A DNA stretch of 61,462 bases, counting the filler, from Platydemus manokwari (taxonomy: Eukaryota): NCBI GenBank assembly GCA_037951405.1. It is 5 parts of 5 records of this genome, joined end to end, with 100 filler letters (N's around TTAATTAATTAA, not from the genome) between each part and the next. Parts side by side here need not be neighbours in the genome. Positions count along the whole stretch, not along the records: positions 35,832 to 51,578 come from JBBMOY011246985.1; positions 51,679 to 61,462 come from JBBMOY011205099.1; 3 more parts are not named here. One strand, written 5' to 3'. Made by a program: the position numbers and the translations under genes. The notes beneath the pieces were generated by a model, which made no database searches, was not told the DNA's origin, and was given only the letters and a program-made list of their open reading frames with translations. The stretch's first letter is position 1. Each line of letters starts with the position of its first letter. This document shows, piece by piece, positions 39,701-53,427 of this stretch.

Positions 39701-42700
39701 TAAAATATGATCCGACTTTATCGATTGTGAGTCGTTCTTTTATTATCAACCAAGCATCATCATTCCTAGCAATTACTCCGATGTTACAAATATCACCTTT
39801 ATCTCCACTTCGCGTGTATGCTAAATCTCTTAGGGGAAATTGTTTATTTGGTTCGATATTTTTAATTGTTTCAATTGGTTTGGATTCAGGAGTTTGTGCT
39901 GGAGTTTCATAAATAACAACTTCAGGGGGTAAAGTGAACTCTTCCGAATTTAACCGTACATTCACCTAAAAAATATCTATTGTGAGATATTGAAACCTAG
40001 ATAAATATTCAATCCATTTATCACGAATACATTTCTCAATGTTTCTATTACAACAAGAAAAAATGATTATAAGAAACATATTTTAAATGTCGTTTATCGA
40101 TGCTACTTAGATAGCAAATATATAGAGAGAAATTTAATGGTTAAAGATCTAATCTATAGATATTCTTTATCGATTATAATTAATTTAATTATTGATTATT
40201 TTATAGTCTTAAATTATATTAATATATTTGAAAAAATCTTTAGTCGTAGCAGATTCAAAATAAATTCTAAATTACTTGGACTTTTTCTTTTCTGAGCAGA
40301 GAAGAGTGGAGTTTCAAAATCGGTGATCTGTAGGAAAATGTATAAACAGACTAATAAAATGAGATCGAATAATTAATAACAGTTAAATTCAAAGATCAAT
40401 GTTTGGATTATGTGAATTTACTAATTAAACCTTTAAAATTTCCAATCGATGGTGTGCCGAAAGATTTGTTTCAGATAGGAATCTATTGTTTAATGATTCA
40501 CATTTATTTGATAAAACAAAATTTTATTCTTTTTTTAAATTATCGAACTGGAATCTTCATTGTAGAATTACTACAAAATCCAATTAATATGAAAAGTTGG
40601 TGTTTACATTAATCTATTGGTTCGCATTGGTGAGAGGCCTTTCGTAAATTTTTTTCATGCAAATCAACGCCCTAGTCTTCCTCACCATGATTTGTGCCCT
40701 GAGTTAAATTATGGCATCAGCAAAGAATTTCGATAAGAAACATTTAGCTTCACTGCCGCCACTGTGAAAGTGCCACTGTGAGTAGAGTTCTAAATCAAAA
40801 CTTCCAATTCATTGAATCCGTTCTTCTTCAATGTAGTTTCATAACAAACATCCTTTCAAGCATTCTACTACTGTTTCGGCCACGTAATTTCACAAATTCT
40901 TAGAGAGATTTCTCTACTTTCGCCTTAAAAAAATCAAATTTAATTATGTTATTGAGATTCTGCTTTTTCATATTATTCAACGTATTGTAGGGACATTTAA
41001 CACCCCAAAAGCTGTACTTGCTACTTTCCGTGTCAGTAATTCAGAGATTCACACGTTCTTTGCAGACTAAAATTTCGCATTACATGTCATTGATTGCTGA
41101 TATTCCATTATATTTCAGTATTTTTTCTATTTTGACAGCATGATAATGATTGCGCGATTACAAATGCTTGGAGGTTCTACAGTAAATTAATACACGCAGT
41201 TGATTTTCTACGATTTCATCACACCTCATCCCAGGGAAAGACAAATATACAAGATACGAAGCACATAAAGATACCTGGAGCTCTTGTAATATATTGGCCA
41301 TTGATGTACAGTAGACAGACTGATGTTCGAATTTACCGAAGTTGAATTTAAAACCCTTAGTTCTTAAATATTTCTCAAAAAGATATAACACATGTTTCAT
41401 CCTGTTTCGCTGATCCGATATATCGCTGATTTCTACGTTCAAAGCATTCAGAAACAGATCAATATCGAAGTTAAATGATAACAACGATAATCAGATTTCA
41501 GAATAACACCATTTATCGAAGTCCTCGCTTACATCAATCCTTCTTATTATTTTATATATTTACATAGGAAGCGTATTTGCAGAGGTTCTTTGCAATGCAG
41601 TTGTGTTCTAGGTATTCATTGATCTAATACAAGAAATTCTCTTTCTTCGCACATCTATAAAATTGGTGATAGACTACTGTTGGATATAACATTCGAAAAT
41701 ATAGTGATGCTGATACTGTCCAGTTTATGAATCGCCTAAATATTTGGGACTTTTTGCGTTTTCTTCATTTATTGGGTTTAATTCTCTGATATAACTCTCT
41801 ATTTCCGAAGGTATCAAATTAATTTATTTTTATACTCTTTCATCCACCTTTTAACTACTGCTTTCCTCGCCTAAAATGTAGTCCAATCAAACCCCTTTTA
41901 TTCTTTACAGAATTTCTCTTGAACTTGCAACTCCGTATCTTCACCTTCTTATATCTCATTTTCATTTTTTGAGGTATATTCACATTTTATTATATTTACC
42001 GACTAGTCATCACAGCCATTAATTATCGTTTCTCTGCCTAGCCATATTAGTTGCTTAAATATCAAGGATCAATAATGGGTTTCTCTTCACAGATTTCCAG
42101 AATTTATAAATGATTCATTGTTATAGGTCGAATTTACGATCGAATCAAGTTGATATTAATGATTATCATGGTTCAGAGCATATCTTTCACATTAATTGTT
42201 TCAATAATCCATTCCTTCTTCAATTTTCGTCTTTATCAATATTCGACTTTCCTATTGCAGGATATTCCACTATTAAAAACCATATATTAAAGTTGTTTAC
42301 GTATCTGAAATTCATAAGATAATTCATGACATTAATCTGCCCATCTTTTCATCACTCATCTAAGCTGTGCATGTCAATAATTTTTTTGAAATAGAAGATT
42401 CTTCAAAATTCGCACTGGTAACCCTCTTCCGACACCCTCATTTTTCTTTACCACATCTCTTCTTGGATGGTTAATTATTAATGGAACACCGGGTGTCGGT
42501 CTTTGCCTTATCAGCAAATTGTTAAAGATATTTATGGGCTCATATTTATTTTATTTTTGCTATTGGCCATTAAAAATTCATGCGAATTGATTTTTATTTC
42601 AGTTTCAATTTTCATTTTTATGACTGATTCATTAAATCTCTGTTATCCGAATTACTTTACAGCATAATAAATCATTTCCTTATAGATTTCAGAAATGCAA

Positions 42701-45700
42701 AAAAAATGTGTTGCAATTATGATCGAATTAATTCCAAAATAAATAGTTTTCGGGAAGGGATAAGAAGAAATATAATAGATTTGATACTATTAATGATTTC
42801 TTTTGAGGCTTAAAGTTTAATCAAAAGAGTAAGTGCTGTGCTATGAAAATAAGTGCAATGTACAATTTTTATATGTTTTATGACCAATTATTTCGATAAA
42901 TTTTAGGTAAATTAAAACCTTAAAATTAGGAAAGGGACATAAATTTATTGAGCTGAAGGTAATGCAGATTTTTTTGGAAAGATATCAACGAATCTGTTAA
43001 TGGAAATTGAATTTTAATATTTGATTTTTTAAAACATACACTTTTGGTCTTCCTCCAATTAATCCACACAAACCTGGAGTCATTCCTGTACCAGCAGGAG
43101 CTATTTCCGACGAAAGAATCTTTAAGGGAACTTGATCATTGTGCTCGACTGAAATCCAAACCACAGCTTCACGAACATTCTTGATAAAAATGAAAGTAAA
43201 ATAAATAAAAAAATATAAAAACTAAAGTAAACATTAAATAATTACAGTCATGATTCATTTATCTACTGAGCTTTTTAATTCTGAGGCACAACGGCAAAAT
43301 AATATTTCATATTAGCAATTTGGTCACGCGAAAGGAATTCATAATGTTTGTGGTCGTCTAGTATGTAGTTCGCCTTCAACACGCTCTTTACCATCTTTGA
43401 ACATTTTACACAACTAATATAGTCTTTTTTTCTATATAGTCTATTCACCGAAAGTTTTCGGCAGCAGAAATTTCATTCCACAAACAAAATTTAATACATC
43501 TTAGCTCAACAAAATCAATTGGAAAACACTCTGCTTTAATAATGACGAATGTAATTTTTCAACTCGTGAAGATATTGGCATGTAAATTTGATAGACCATA
43601 TGATACTGAAGAGAGTCGCAATCCGGATTTTATTTTTTTATAAGAAATCACATGCAAATAATTGAACTCAATTTTTTTTTAATTTAATGCAATTACGTAC
43701 TTTCACATATTTAAAAATGTTGGGTCATATAAACGAGGTAGTGATTGCGACTTTTATTTCGTCACAATCTGGTGCTGCTCATTATTCTGACTCCAAAATC
43801 GAAAAAATAAATATCTATTTTTTCATCGTCTTTAATTGGCAAAGGCCATTAATGCACCATCATTTAAGCTCAGATTTTGTATGTGTTTTACTGTGCCAAG
43901 CGTTAATGTTCTATTTCTACAATTCCCATTTGGTCTATCGATTTTTCATGATTACAATTGGTCATTCCTTGTGGAAGTGCTATTGTGCAATCATATCCTA
44001 CGCGAATTTAAATCTTTAATCTGTCTTTGATTTGTTGGTTACCATGCCTATATATCTATGCAGAGATACATATATGTAAAGTATCAAAACAGGCGTTCAA
44101 TGGGACCAAAATCTTAATTTTGTGTGACATGCATCTTCACTCAACCAAAATACAGTTATGAAAAATTTCATTAATAAATTTAAAATATATTTATTAATAA
44201 AAAGTAAACAACTAATGAATATTTTGGGGGATATTTTCAAAATTTCGTGGAAATTAGTTAAAGCTATCCGCATAAATTCTGAAAGATGTTGATTAGTCAC
44301 CTGTGGACGATGTTTCGACTTCACTAATTTTATTGTACAGTAAAAAGATTCACGCCGATGTGTTGTAGTAAAAATCGAATTAGAATACTAAATCGATTCA
44401 AAATTGTAAAAAATTCATCCAATTTTTTTTAACATCATCCATATGAACGTTTAACGCGAGCAATATTTTAAGCTAATAAAAACCAGCTTCGTTAATTGTA
44501 TTATTCTCGCACCAAATGAAGTTAAGAGTGCTTGTTTAAAATATCAGATTTCAGTAATTTAAGTTTTTTAGTTCATAATTTTGAATTAAGAGGATATCGA
44601 ATTGAAAATGAGGATGATTTGTTAGGTAATATGTCGACATAAATTGCTCTGTAGTTTTAATTGCATTTTCACAAATCACATACAATGACTTTTGATGCTA
44701 TAAGCAAGAGTGCTGTATTCCCACTATCTCTACTATCCTCTTCAACGTGTCAGTCGACTAATATGGTTTGCACACACACACATTACATACAATTCATTGA
44801 AAAAACCAAAAAACTTTAATAGGACTTTTGAGCCATTTATTCAACGAAAAGCTGCACGAAGCTCCCGGTGCTATATTTTCCACTTATGCAGTTCTACTAA
44901 CCTAAAAATAATTTGTACTAATCGATAAACCATCGAATTTTAAATGATCTACTACTTTGATTTCAGTAGTATAGAACGTAATTAACAATGACTTTCAAAA
45001 AGAACTCTTTTTCAATATTTGCTCAGAGTGACCATTGGAAACATAAGTCCTAGTTTTGAGTAAACAAAAAAACGAATGCAAATAAGCCTTCGAAACAAAC
45101 AAATTTGATTGGGGAAGTCATTAGAAAATGTGTAAATTCTTAAATACCGATAAAAATCAATTTCTACTTACTTCAGTAACAGATTTATTCCTCGAAGAAC
45201 CATAACTGTCTTCATTACCAATAACGCTGACATTACACCTTGTGAAATCAGGAATATTCAATGTTTTCATAATATGTCGGACCCTATCGATATAAAAATT
45301 ATTTTTATTCGAAATAAAAAAAACTCAGGGATAATAAATGGATACCCCAACGATTAGATTTATTGATTTCTATAAATCAATAATTTCTAACTTCATAGAA
45401 GACATTTTGAAGTTAATATTTTGGTTCAAATAATAATATTAAATGTATTACACAATAAGAATTCATAAATTTTATATAAATACAAATCGAATCCAGTGAT
45501 ATTTTAAATTTTCACTTAAATTTAACTTTAATAATACATTATTAGAAGAATTACTAAAATAATATCTTTAATATCTGCTACTTATTAATAATTGACATAA
45601 AGAAGAATCTCTACCAACCGTTTTAAAATTTGCTCGGCTGTCAAACGACCTTTCGCCACAGCATCTTTACCAATAATAATAGCTGCAGCATTCAATCGAA

Positions 45701-48700
45701 ACTTATCCAAATAAGTAGACGAAACCTAAAATATTATTTCAGAATAAGCATTGTGTTTTAATCAAACTATCTAGTAAAAATAAACCAAAATAATTTTCTT
45801 TATAATCATTTGGTCAGTTTATCGAGATTTATCAATTAACTCCTTCTAAATTTATCACTAATATTATTACAATTATCTGTACGCACACTTTTTATTAGCC
45901 ATAGAATTATAAGAATAAGATTTTTGAAAATATTTGACTTGAATTTCCAAAAGAAAATATTGTAAATATAATAATATTTTTGATATCAAATGACGAAATT
46001 CGCTTAATGATAATCATATTTATTTCTACCTAAGGGCTCAAATTGTACATCATTATTTGAAAGATAAAATTACTTTAAAATATGGAGTTGGAGGACATCC
46101 TTTCGCTCCACGAACTTCTACTTGGTCTTCTAAATAAAACATTACTAAATATTTGAGAAATTAATATTATATTGATTAATATGACATTGAAAAATCAATA
46201 AAATAATAATAAAATGAAAACCTATATAATGAAATCATCAAATACATTTTAAAATTTAATTCTTATCAACTCATCTCATAGTCGAAGTTATAATCTAGGA
46301 ATGCAACTATTAAGGGATATAATTACGAAAAATATCCCAAAAAATAACTCTTACAAAATGAAACAGGCATCATCTGAGAAAATTAGATTGAGGACTGGTT
46401 CAAATTGAAAGATGAACAACATATGGAAGCAGTTGATATTGAAATAAGCTATGGAACAATAGTTTAATTAGTGCTTGACGGTCCAGTGTCATTAATTCTT
46501 TAGAAATGAAATGAGACATTGGTTAGATTATAATATTTGCTATTTGATTTGTGATTAAAATATACAAAATCGAACGTTTCATTAACAAGGAAATTTTATT
46601 TTGTGAAAGATAACGTCAAAGCATTTCCAAAATCGAATATGTGATTTTGATTAAAAACATTTTCAGTACTAGTGAGGAGTCAATAAGAATAATGGAGTCC
46701 GACTCCGTCGCGTGAAAAATCACCCGAACTTAAGCTCATCACTAGAGCCACAAATAAACGTGATTTTATCCCATGGCCCTGAATTTCAAGCTTTCAAAAA
46801 TGTTTATGATGAATATGCCTTTCATATAGTCATAGTTTCCCCAATCATTACAGATATAATCCCTCGGGTATTTTTCTTATTCAAAATATTTACTTTGGTT
46901 TTTAGATTAAAATGCATAATATCCCCTTGGGAACAAAATGAACAATTTTTTCAAAATATTAATAATTTAATCTTTTTTTGTTTTTTGTTTCATGATAATT
47001 TCAATCCCAACATTTTAAGTTCATAAAATTTTACATAGATAAAATTATTTTTAAAACGTTTCACTATATTTATTTTTAACAAAATTTATCAATAAAATCA
47101 ACAAAATCTAACTGCCAATCTCAGTCAACACGACAGAAGTGAAATCACAAACAACATCTGGCAAAACAAATGATGCAGGATCACCTATCTCATAAACCAG
47201 TTGTTCACTGACTGTAGCTCGTGAAACAATTCCACCAGTGTTATCAGGTTTGGTTACAACAAATACACCATTTTCTTCAACTTCGACAATTGGGAATCCA
47301 ATATTCCATCTAAGAAAGAGATCAATTTTCAATCATCTGAACCGGTCACCATACAAATCTGGCACATTCATCCAATCCGTAAATATTCCACCGGTCACTT
47401 GCGCACCACATTCAATTAAATGCCCAGCAAGGCTAAATAAAACCCATTAATTTTTTTCCATATAAATATTTCAAGAAATCTAATTTATAATATTATAAAT
47501 TAATGGTACTATTAATATATAGCTAATATTTAGCTAATTCTAGTTAAATCAAGAACCCGTTTACTTATATAGCATTGTTGAGTAAAGATGAAATCACAGA
47601 AAAGAAAAATGATTTTACACATTGGAATCCTTATTTTGGAACTTTAAGTATATCCATGCCTACACAACCAGACAGGCATAGCAACGAGTTAATCAGAGAG
47701 GAATTAATTCGACCAATTGCGATGACAATAAATCAATAAATCCAATTGAAACTGGAGAAAAAGATCAAATCAAAACGTAACACACAAATTAAACACAAAT
47801 CTCACGTATAAATACCGATGTAAAGATGGCCAACTGTCGTAAGTCTCATTATAATTCATTCGATTTTGACACTGGAATCAAAGTTTAAAACGCGGTAGGT
47901 GAGTTTAGTAATAATTCAATTTTCTAGCAGCGTTAAAATTAGATCCATTTTGAATAAATGTTCACGAAATTGTTCTTCTTAGCCGTCCAATCGTGCTATA
48001 ATTTTGTAACAGCAAATGAAACCAATAGAGATTAATATAGTGTGTATGTCGTGAAACTTAATTCGCGATAAAAATGCTTCTCAGAACCGACAATTCTCAC
48101 CGAGCACTGGGAAAAATTCGAAGTCAAAGTCTTATTATTATACAAACTTGAAAATATATAACAAAAAGTACTGAGTTTTTTTCAGTATTTTCATGAAAGA
48201 TGAAATACATTAAAAAAACTGTTAGCCTTTACTTTTTTAAAAACACCTTTTGAAAACGAACTGAAAAGTCATGACACCACATTATATTTTTAAATACAAT
48301 TATTCAAATAAATTAATATTTTATAAAAATGTGAATTTGAAATTTTTTTAATTTTAATTTGTTATAATTTATCATAACGCCCTTTCTTCAAAATCTCTGA
48401 TTTTCTCAGAATCCTTCAAAATCTCTATCAAATTCTCTAGATATACAATTTTCTGTTTCTTCTCTTCTTTATATTTTCTTTATATCATCTCTATATCTTC
48501 TATACAACTTCGCTACATCTTCTTTGCATCTTTCTATATCTTTCTCCTTCACTTCTCAGAGTCGAACCTAAGATGCGTGGTCATCATATAAGCCGCTACT
48601 GTTTTCATAAAACACGCTTTGGAAACGAATTGAAAAGTCACAACACCAAATTCCAATTCACGATAAGTTCTCACACATTCAATAGTGTTATTTTTTAATA

Positions 48701-50862
48701 AATATTCGAATAGAAACAATTAATTTTTAGGAAATCACAAAAAAATCAAATTTAATTTTGTAAGTAGTAAAGAATTATCAATAATATAAATTCAACATTT
48801 CAATAATCTTTACCTCCCAGCGGCTAACTTATCGAAATCTGAGTGATTCCATCTAAACTATTAAAAAATTGTCAAATTTTATAAAATGTATTTTGAATTG
48901 TAAAAAAAACAAATTATTGTGAAATACTACATTCCTAAATCAACCCATTTTATAAGTAATTTTAAAATAAAATGAACATGTTGCAGCAATATGCCCCATT
49001 TTACACAAAATCTGTTCAAATATCCTAGTTGTTCGTTCTTACATTGTTAGTTTTGGAAATACGCAATCATCATAAAAGTATTTCGCAATTCGTCATGTCT
49101 GAAATAATAATTTTTACAAGGTATTATTGATTGATGTGAAATTTTTTAAAAATATTTTATGCCTTCGAAATAAATCAAATTTCATTTTCAACTCATATTA
49201 TAGATATGTGATTTATATTATCATTCCGAAAATAGTGTAATATGGTATTTATTTATTGTCTGAGCCTTAAATTTCATTGACAGTGCAAATTACTCTTTTC
49301 ATTGATTTTCTCATTCGAAGGAACTTATTCTACACAAGCCTCAAATATTTTTAGAAAATCACAGTGGATTTATTATGAATGTCCTTTTCTAGTAAACACT
49401 TATGCTGTGTGTTGCTGATGATTTGTATCACAATGTATTTTTCTCATTGTTCATAGATGTCATAAAAATATTAATTTCAATTAATTATTTATCAGAAAAA
49501 ACTTTCATGATTCATATTTCAAAAAATTAACCACTAATAATTTCGTTTTATAAATAATGATTTCAATACAACAAACTTACATGATGCATAAGTGGGCCGA
49601 GTACTAATGCTGAATCAGTACAACGTCCAGTGATAACAATATCGGCACCTTTATCTAAAGCAAACCGAATAGGAGCAGCGCTAAATGAAATAAATTTTCA
49701 ATATTATACAAATTCTCACAAAATTACACTACATATAGTTTTATAATTTAACAGTCGTTTACTATATCCGCTCCGTTCTTAACCTATCAAGGGTTCACTT
49801 AACGGAATTATGTTCAAGATAAAAAATTGAAAACAAAATAATATTTATCAACAAATAATCGATGTTACCCTATATTTCTGTTTTTGTTTATTGTTTATTC
49901 TTCTGCTGATATATATCACCAATCAAGGGATTTATATCATAGTTAATTTGCCCTACTTTTTGATATGGCTAATTGGTTTACATTTTGATTGCAAAAGACT
50001 TATTCTCTACATTAAGGCATGTATGTACTTGCCATTCTTTGTCATCAATTAGATCAATTCTATAGTGTGTAACAATATAGTTCGAATGATTTGACATTTT
50101 TATCTAATAATTCATTTTAGAATTCGTCCCGAATCTTCTCAGCAAGGACCAATACCATGAATACTCTTGAAAGAATTCTTTATTTCATTTCTTTATGTGT
50201 TGCTTAAGGTAAAAATGTAAGGTAAATTTGTAAGGTAAAAATGTTGGGAAAAATTTAATATATTTAGGATATCATATTTTCATGAAATTAAAACATTTTT
50301 TGCATTTATATAAATTTTTTGCTGCTTGCAAAATCAATAATTTTTCAGTCAGAAGGTAGAATTTTTGACTTCTTAAGTTTTGTCCTGATGAGGCTCTACC
50401 AACTAGAATAATCATATAGTCAATTTTAATTTACGAGATTTGAAAAAAATATTTATTATTATTTCTTAATCCACTACATTTTCATTAATGGCCATTATTT
50501 ATGGACGTTCTCTTAGTAAAAATAGGTTATGAAGTAACTCACATGTATTATCAAATTAAGAGATTCATTTATACTAATAAATAAATAAACTGATAACATT
50601 AATACAAAAATATAATATTTCCATTCATAAAGTAATCTAATGAATAACCCGAAATAAATATTCGAACTTAATAACGAGATGTCAGAAATGTTCACTTTAT
50701 CGATTGACTGTAAGTGTTGAACAAGTTCTTTGTTGGTTAAGAGATCATCACCTTTCACCACAGCAATATTCATATTGACACCAGCTTTTTCAAATGACTT
50801 TTTCAATTCGCTATAACAACCATCTAGATTTATTCCTCCAGCATTTGCAACAATTCTAATAC
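36710..50862 (-). CDS. AtuA/DUF1446-family protein (acyclic terpene utilization AtuA-like) with fused C-terminal domain; 13 exons recovered, 5' exons missing
   Basis: GT-AG exons with consistent phases: 50862-50649, 49680-49581, 48857-48814, 47432-47355, 47309-47113, 46129-46074, 45725-45619, 45283-45172, 43179-43040, 40327-40276, 39965-39658, 36893-36803, 36751-36710 (TGA). The spliced product (about 513 aa) contains [115 protein letters not shown] and [24 protein letters not shown]. Confidence 0.93.
36960..38130 (+). mobile_element. Decayed Ty3/gypsy pol fragment (RNase H + integrase) in an AtuA intron
   Basis: [49 protein letters not shown]...[27 protein letters not shown] and DGLIER. Confidence 0.8.
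38142..38666 (+). mobile_element. Internally deleted pogo/Tigger element with TIRs and TA target-site duplication
   Basis: Left end TA|CCATAGATTACGTGTATTAAGACCC; right end reverse complement TA|CCGTAATTTATGCGTATTAAGATCC. ORF 38360-38581 joins the BrkDBD start ([21 protein letters not shown]) to the acidic transposase tail (GSEDDAIF...EEEFHGF). Confidence 0.88.
40620..42520 (-). mobile_element. Heavily decayed LTR (gypsy-like) retrotransposon in an AtuA intron
   Basis: Minus-strand fragments [26 protein letters not shown] (RT N-terminus-like) and ITDTE...FWGVK (RNase H-like). ORF 41158-41484 lies between them. Confidence 0.4.
43250..43645 (-). mobile_element. Mariner transposase 5' fragment
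   Basis: [19 protein letters not shown]...[21 protein letters not shown] matches the mariner N-terminal HTH block. Confidence 0.75.
44085..44900 (-). mobile_element. hAT (Buster/Charlie, EPM2AIP1/GTF2IRD2-like) 3' fragment with dimerisation domain
   Basis: [43 protein letters not shown], with [12 protein letters not shown] upstream (an RW.S.GKVL.RF-like motif). Confidence 0.75.
47600..47860 (+). mobile_element. Short Penelope-like 3' fragment related to 58250-58625
   Basis: Shares, inverted, blocks with 58300-58625: tacac.ttggaatcc, acatgcc.aca, ccaat.gaaac..ga.a..aaagatca, acaca.atctc..gt.taaat and gatgtaa.gatgg.caac. Confidence 0.45.
48220..48739 (-). mobile_element. TRIM-like miniature LTR retrotransposon, copy C (in an AtuA intron)
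   Basis: Minus strand: 5' repeat ends GGCTTATA (48587); PBS-like TGATGACCACGC; AG-rich interior; PPT GAAGAAAGGGCG (48389-48378); 3' repeat 48376-48220 (157 bp) ending GGCTAACA. Confidence 0.72.
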
Positions 50863-50929
50863 CTTATAGAAAAAAGCAAGAATTCAATATTGTAAAATTC
50901 AGTTTCGAAAATCATATTAAAATATGGAT

Positions 50930-51345
50930 AAAGTTAAGAAAAGGGGTCTTAAAATAAATTTCTTAATTTGTTGAGTGTATTGCAAAAATCTATAAATAGT
51001 TTATTTAATTACATTCTTTAAAAACATTTTGAATTTTTTATTTCAATACTTAAGAATTTTAGTTGTCTGTAATCCAATATTAAATAAACTAGAGCTTTAA
51101 AATCTCCTAAAATTTGATTATTTGAAAAACAGATCAAATAGCGATTTATTGAAAATTAGCGAGGACTCCTTTTTAACATTAGAAGCAAATTGAGACATAC
51201 TTTAAATTGTTACAAATATTTTATAAAAACAAATAATACTAGACTATTAAACATGTCATGACATTCATAAATAATTAAATAAATTTAAAACTCATGTAGA
51301 AGTGTTGTGATTAGAATAGAAATTTGGTTTAAAAACCATGTTATA
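50930..51345 (-). repeat. Dispersed non-coding repeat, copy 2 (inverted relative to 21355-21800)
   Basis: See copy 1. Confidence 0.8.
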
Positions 51346-51578
51346 GCGTAATTCATATATAGGGCGGCAAATTTTAATTTTAAATATTATAAAAGTTAAG
51401 AATTTATTTAACAAAGTTGATACATATTAAAATTCTATGACAAGAATAGTACAAAAAAATATAAATTTAAAGTCCCTCAATTCCTTTATATCCAATCGCT
51501 CGAAGCCTTTTCTTGGCGCTGTCCATCACTGCTTTTCCAGATGTTGCTGCTACTTTCTTGCTAATGTTTTCCCAGACT

Positions 51579-51678
51579 NNNNNNNNNNNNNNNNNNNNNN
51601 NNNNNNNNNNNNNNNNNNNNNNTTAATTAATTAANNNNNNNNNNNNNNNNNNNNNNNNNNNNNNNNNNNNNNNNNNNN
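51579..51678. other. Artificial assembly spacer
   Basis: 44 N + TTAATTAATTAA + 44 N. Confidence 0.97.
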
Positions 51679-53427
51679 CCTCCAGATTAAGTAAAATCAA
51701 ATTTAATCATATTTTTTAAATAATAATATTGGATTTTCTTGATGTACCACGCAATAATATTTATTTATTTACTTATATGACTCTAAAATACAATAAATTC
51801 TTTCACTGAGATATATTTGTGTTACAGTGAACTAAAATTTAGCAAACCAGATTCAAGCAATAAATAAAGATTCTGTTAATACCAAAAGCTGAATAAATTC
51901 GTACACAAATTTGAAATATCGTCCGAGAATCTATTTTTCTCCTAACTAGTACCATCGTAAATGCCTTTACGATACTTCTCAAAAATACATGTATTCATAA
52001 TAACTATCACAAATTTGGTTGAAATAAATAATTAATCGGTTCTGGTTAACTACGATTTCGGGATTATTTTGGATTCATTAAAATTCTGTTTATTTCAAGC
52101 ATTTTCTTCCTTTGTAAGTCTTCAACTGACCGTTATCATATTTATATGATTTTTACGTACACCGATTATTCTGTAAGTTATTTGTTCGGTAATAAGAATA
52201 ATTCTTATTTTATAAATTTAATTATATATCATCGTTGAAACTGTGAAGTTGCTTAATTGTTGTTTTCATATTGTTTGATATAAAGATTTCTTTTCATACA
52301 TATTAGTTTATTATTTTATTCCAGTTTTACTCTTTTTAATTTCCAATAAGCCGAACATTTCCTGGAATCAAAAATAAATTTAATTAGCTATCATCAAATT
52401 TGAACACATCATTTAATAAATTCAACATATGAACAATTATAGAAGATTTTATTATTTATTAATAACGCTTACAAATTCATGTCGCATTGTATCACATAGG
52501 AAGTAATTATCTCAAACTTTTAAAACAGGATGACAGAACCGTAAAACCAGTTTCAGTTTATTTAATTCAAATATACAATGAATTGGAAATTTTGGTATGT
52601 TTTGCCAAAGATTATTTATTTAATTTTTTAATTAAAGGCAGATTGTTTTATACTTTCTTTTAGTTTTTGAAAAAATTTTATGAAGAATAAGGCAAACAAA
52701 ATAATCTAGTAAAATTATACCGAATTTCTGATGAAAATTTTAAGGAAAATTCTAAATATGACATTCTAATCTTAGTGACTTAGATAGTGACTTAATTCAC
52801 TTTAAATCGTTTGTATATATTGATAAATATCACATAACACGACACCAGTTACGCTGTATAACGAATAAACTCGGACAAAAATGTTTTGATGACAGGGGCT
52901 TTTAAAAATAGTGAAAAAATAAACCAAAAAATTCACTTGATGAACAATTACAAAATAATTTCATACATAGAAACACAATATTGAAATTTTAATCTGATAA
53001 TGTTTGCACAAATTGATTGATAACATTCGACAAAAAAGCAAATAGATTAATATAATCCCCGTGTTTACCTAAAAACTTGAAGTGAGTAGTATGGAACAAG
53101 AGAGAGATAATTAAAAATCCATGTTCAATTCTTTGCTCTTGTATTTATAAGAAATTAATTAACTTTTCTATGATTTCAAAATCAATTATTAATAAACCTA
53201 AACTTTAATTACAGAGATAAAGAAAATATGTTTCTGTTTTCAACAAAAAACAGCAAAAATTACCGGAAAAAATCATTTATTTTTATTATTTTTTCATGAA
53301 AATCAATTTTGTGTTTTGAAGTTCGCGGTAAGTTAAGTGTAATTTTTACTTTTTCCCATAAAATACTCGATTATATGGTTTAATATAGTTAGACCGAGGT
53401 CGAAATTAAAATACCGTGCTATTCATA

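Noticed and set aside
47110-47118. GC-AG donor at the end of AtuA exon 47309-47113
   Set aside because: A canonical GT donor three nucleotides downstream gives the same phase and the sensible peptide IGKDQVEV.
48558-48570. GGTTCGACTC as a Pol III B-box (tRNA gene or SINE)
   Set aside because: No cloverleaf or convincing A-box. It directly follows the repeat end and TGG-type PBS in all three copies, so it is better explained as extended complementarity to a tRNA 3' end/T-arm.
50384-50415. CTGATGAG as a hammerhead ribozyme core
   Set aside because: No stem II followed by GAAA at a suitable distance.
36710-50862. AtuA fragments as bacterial contamination or separate small genes
   Set aside because: The fragments join through canonical GT-AG introns with consistent phases into one reading frame.
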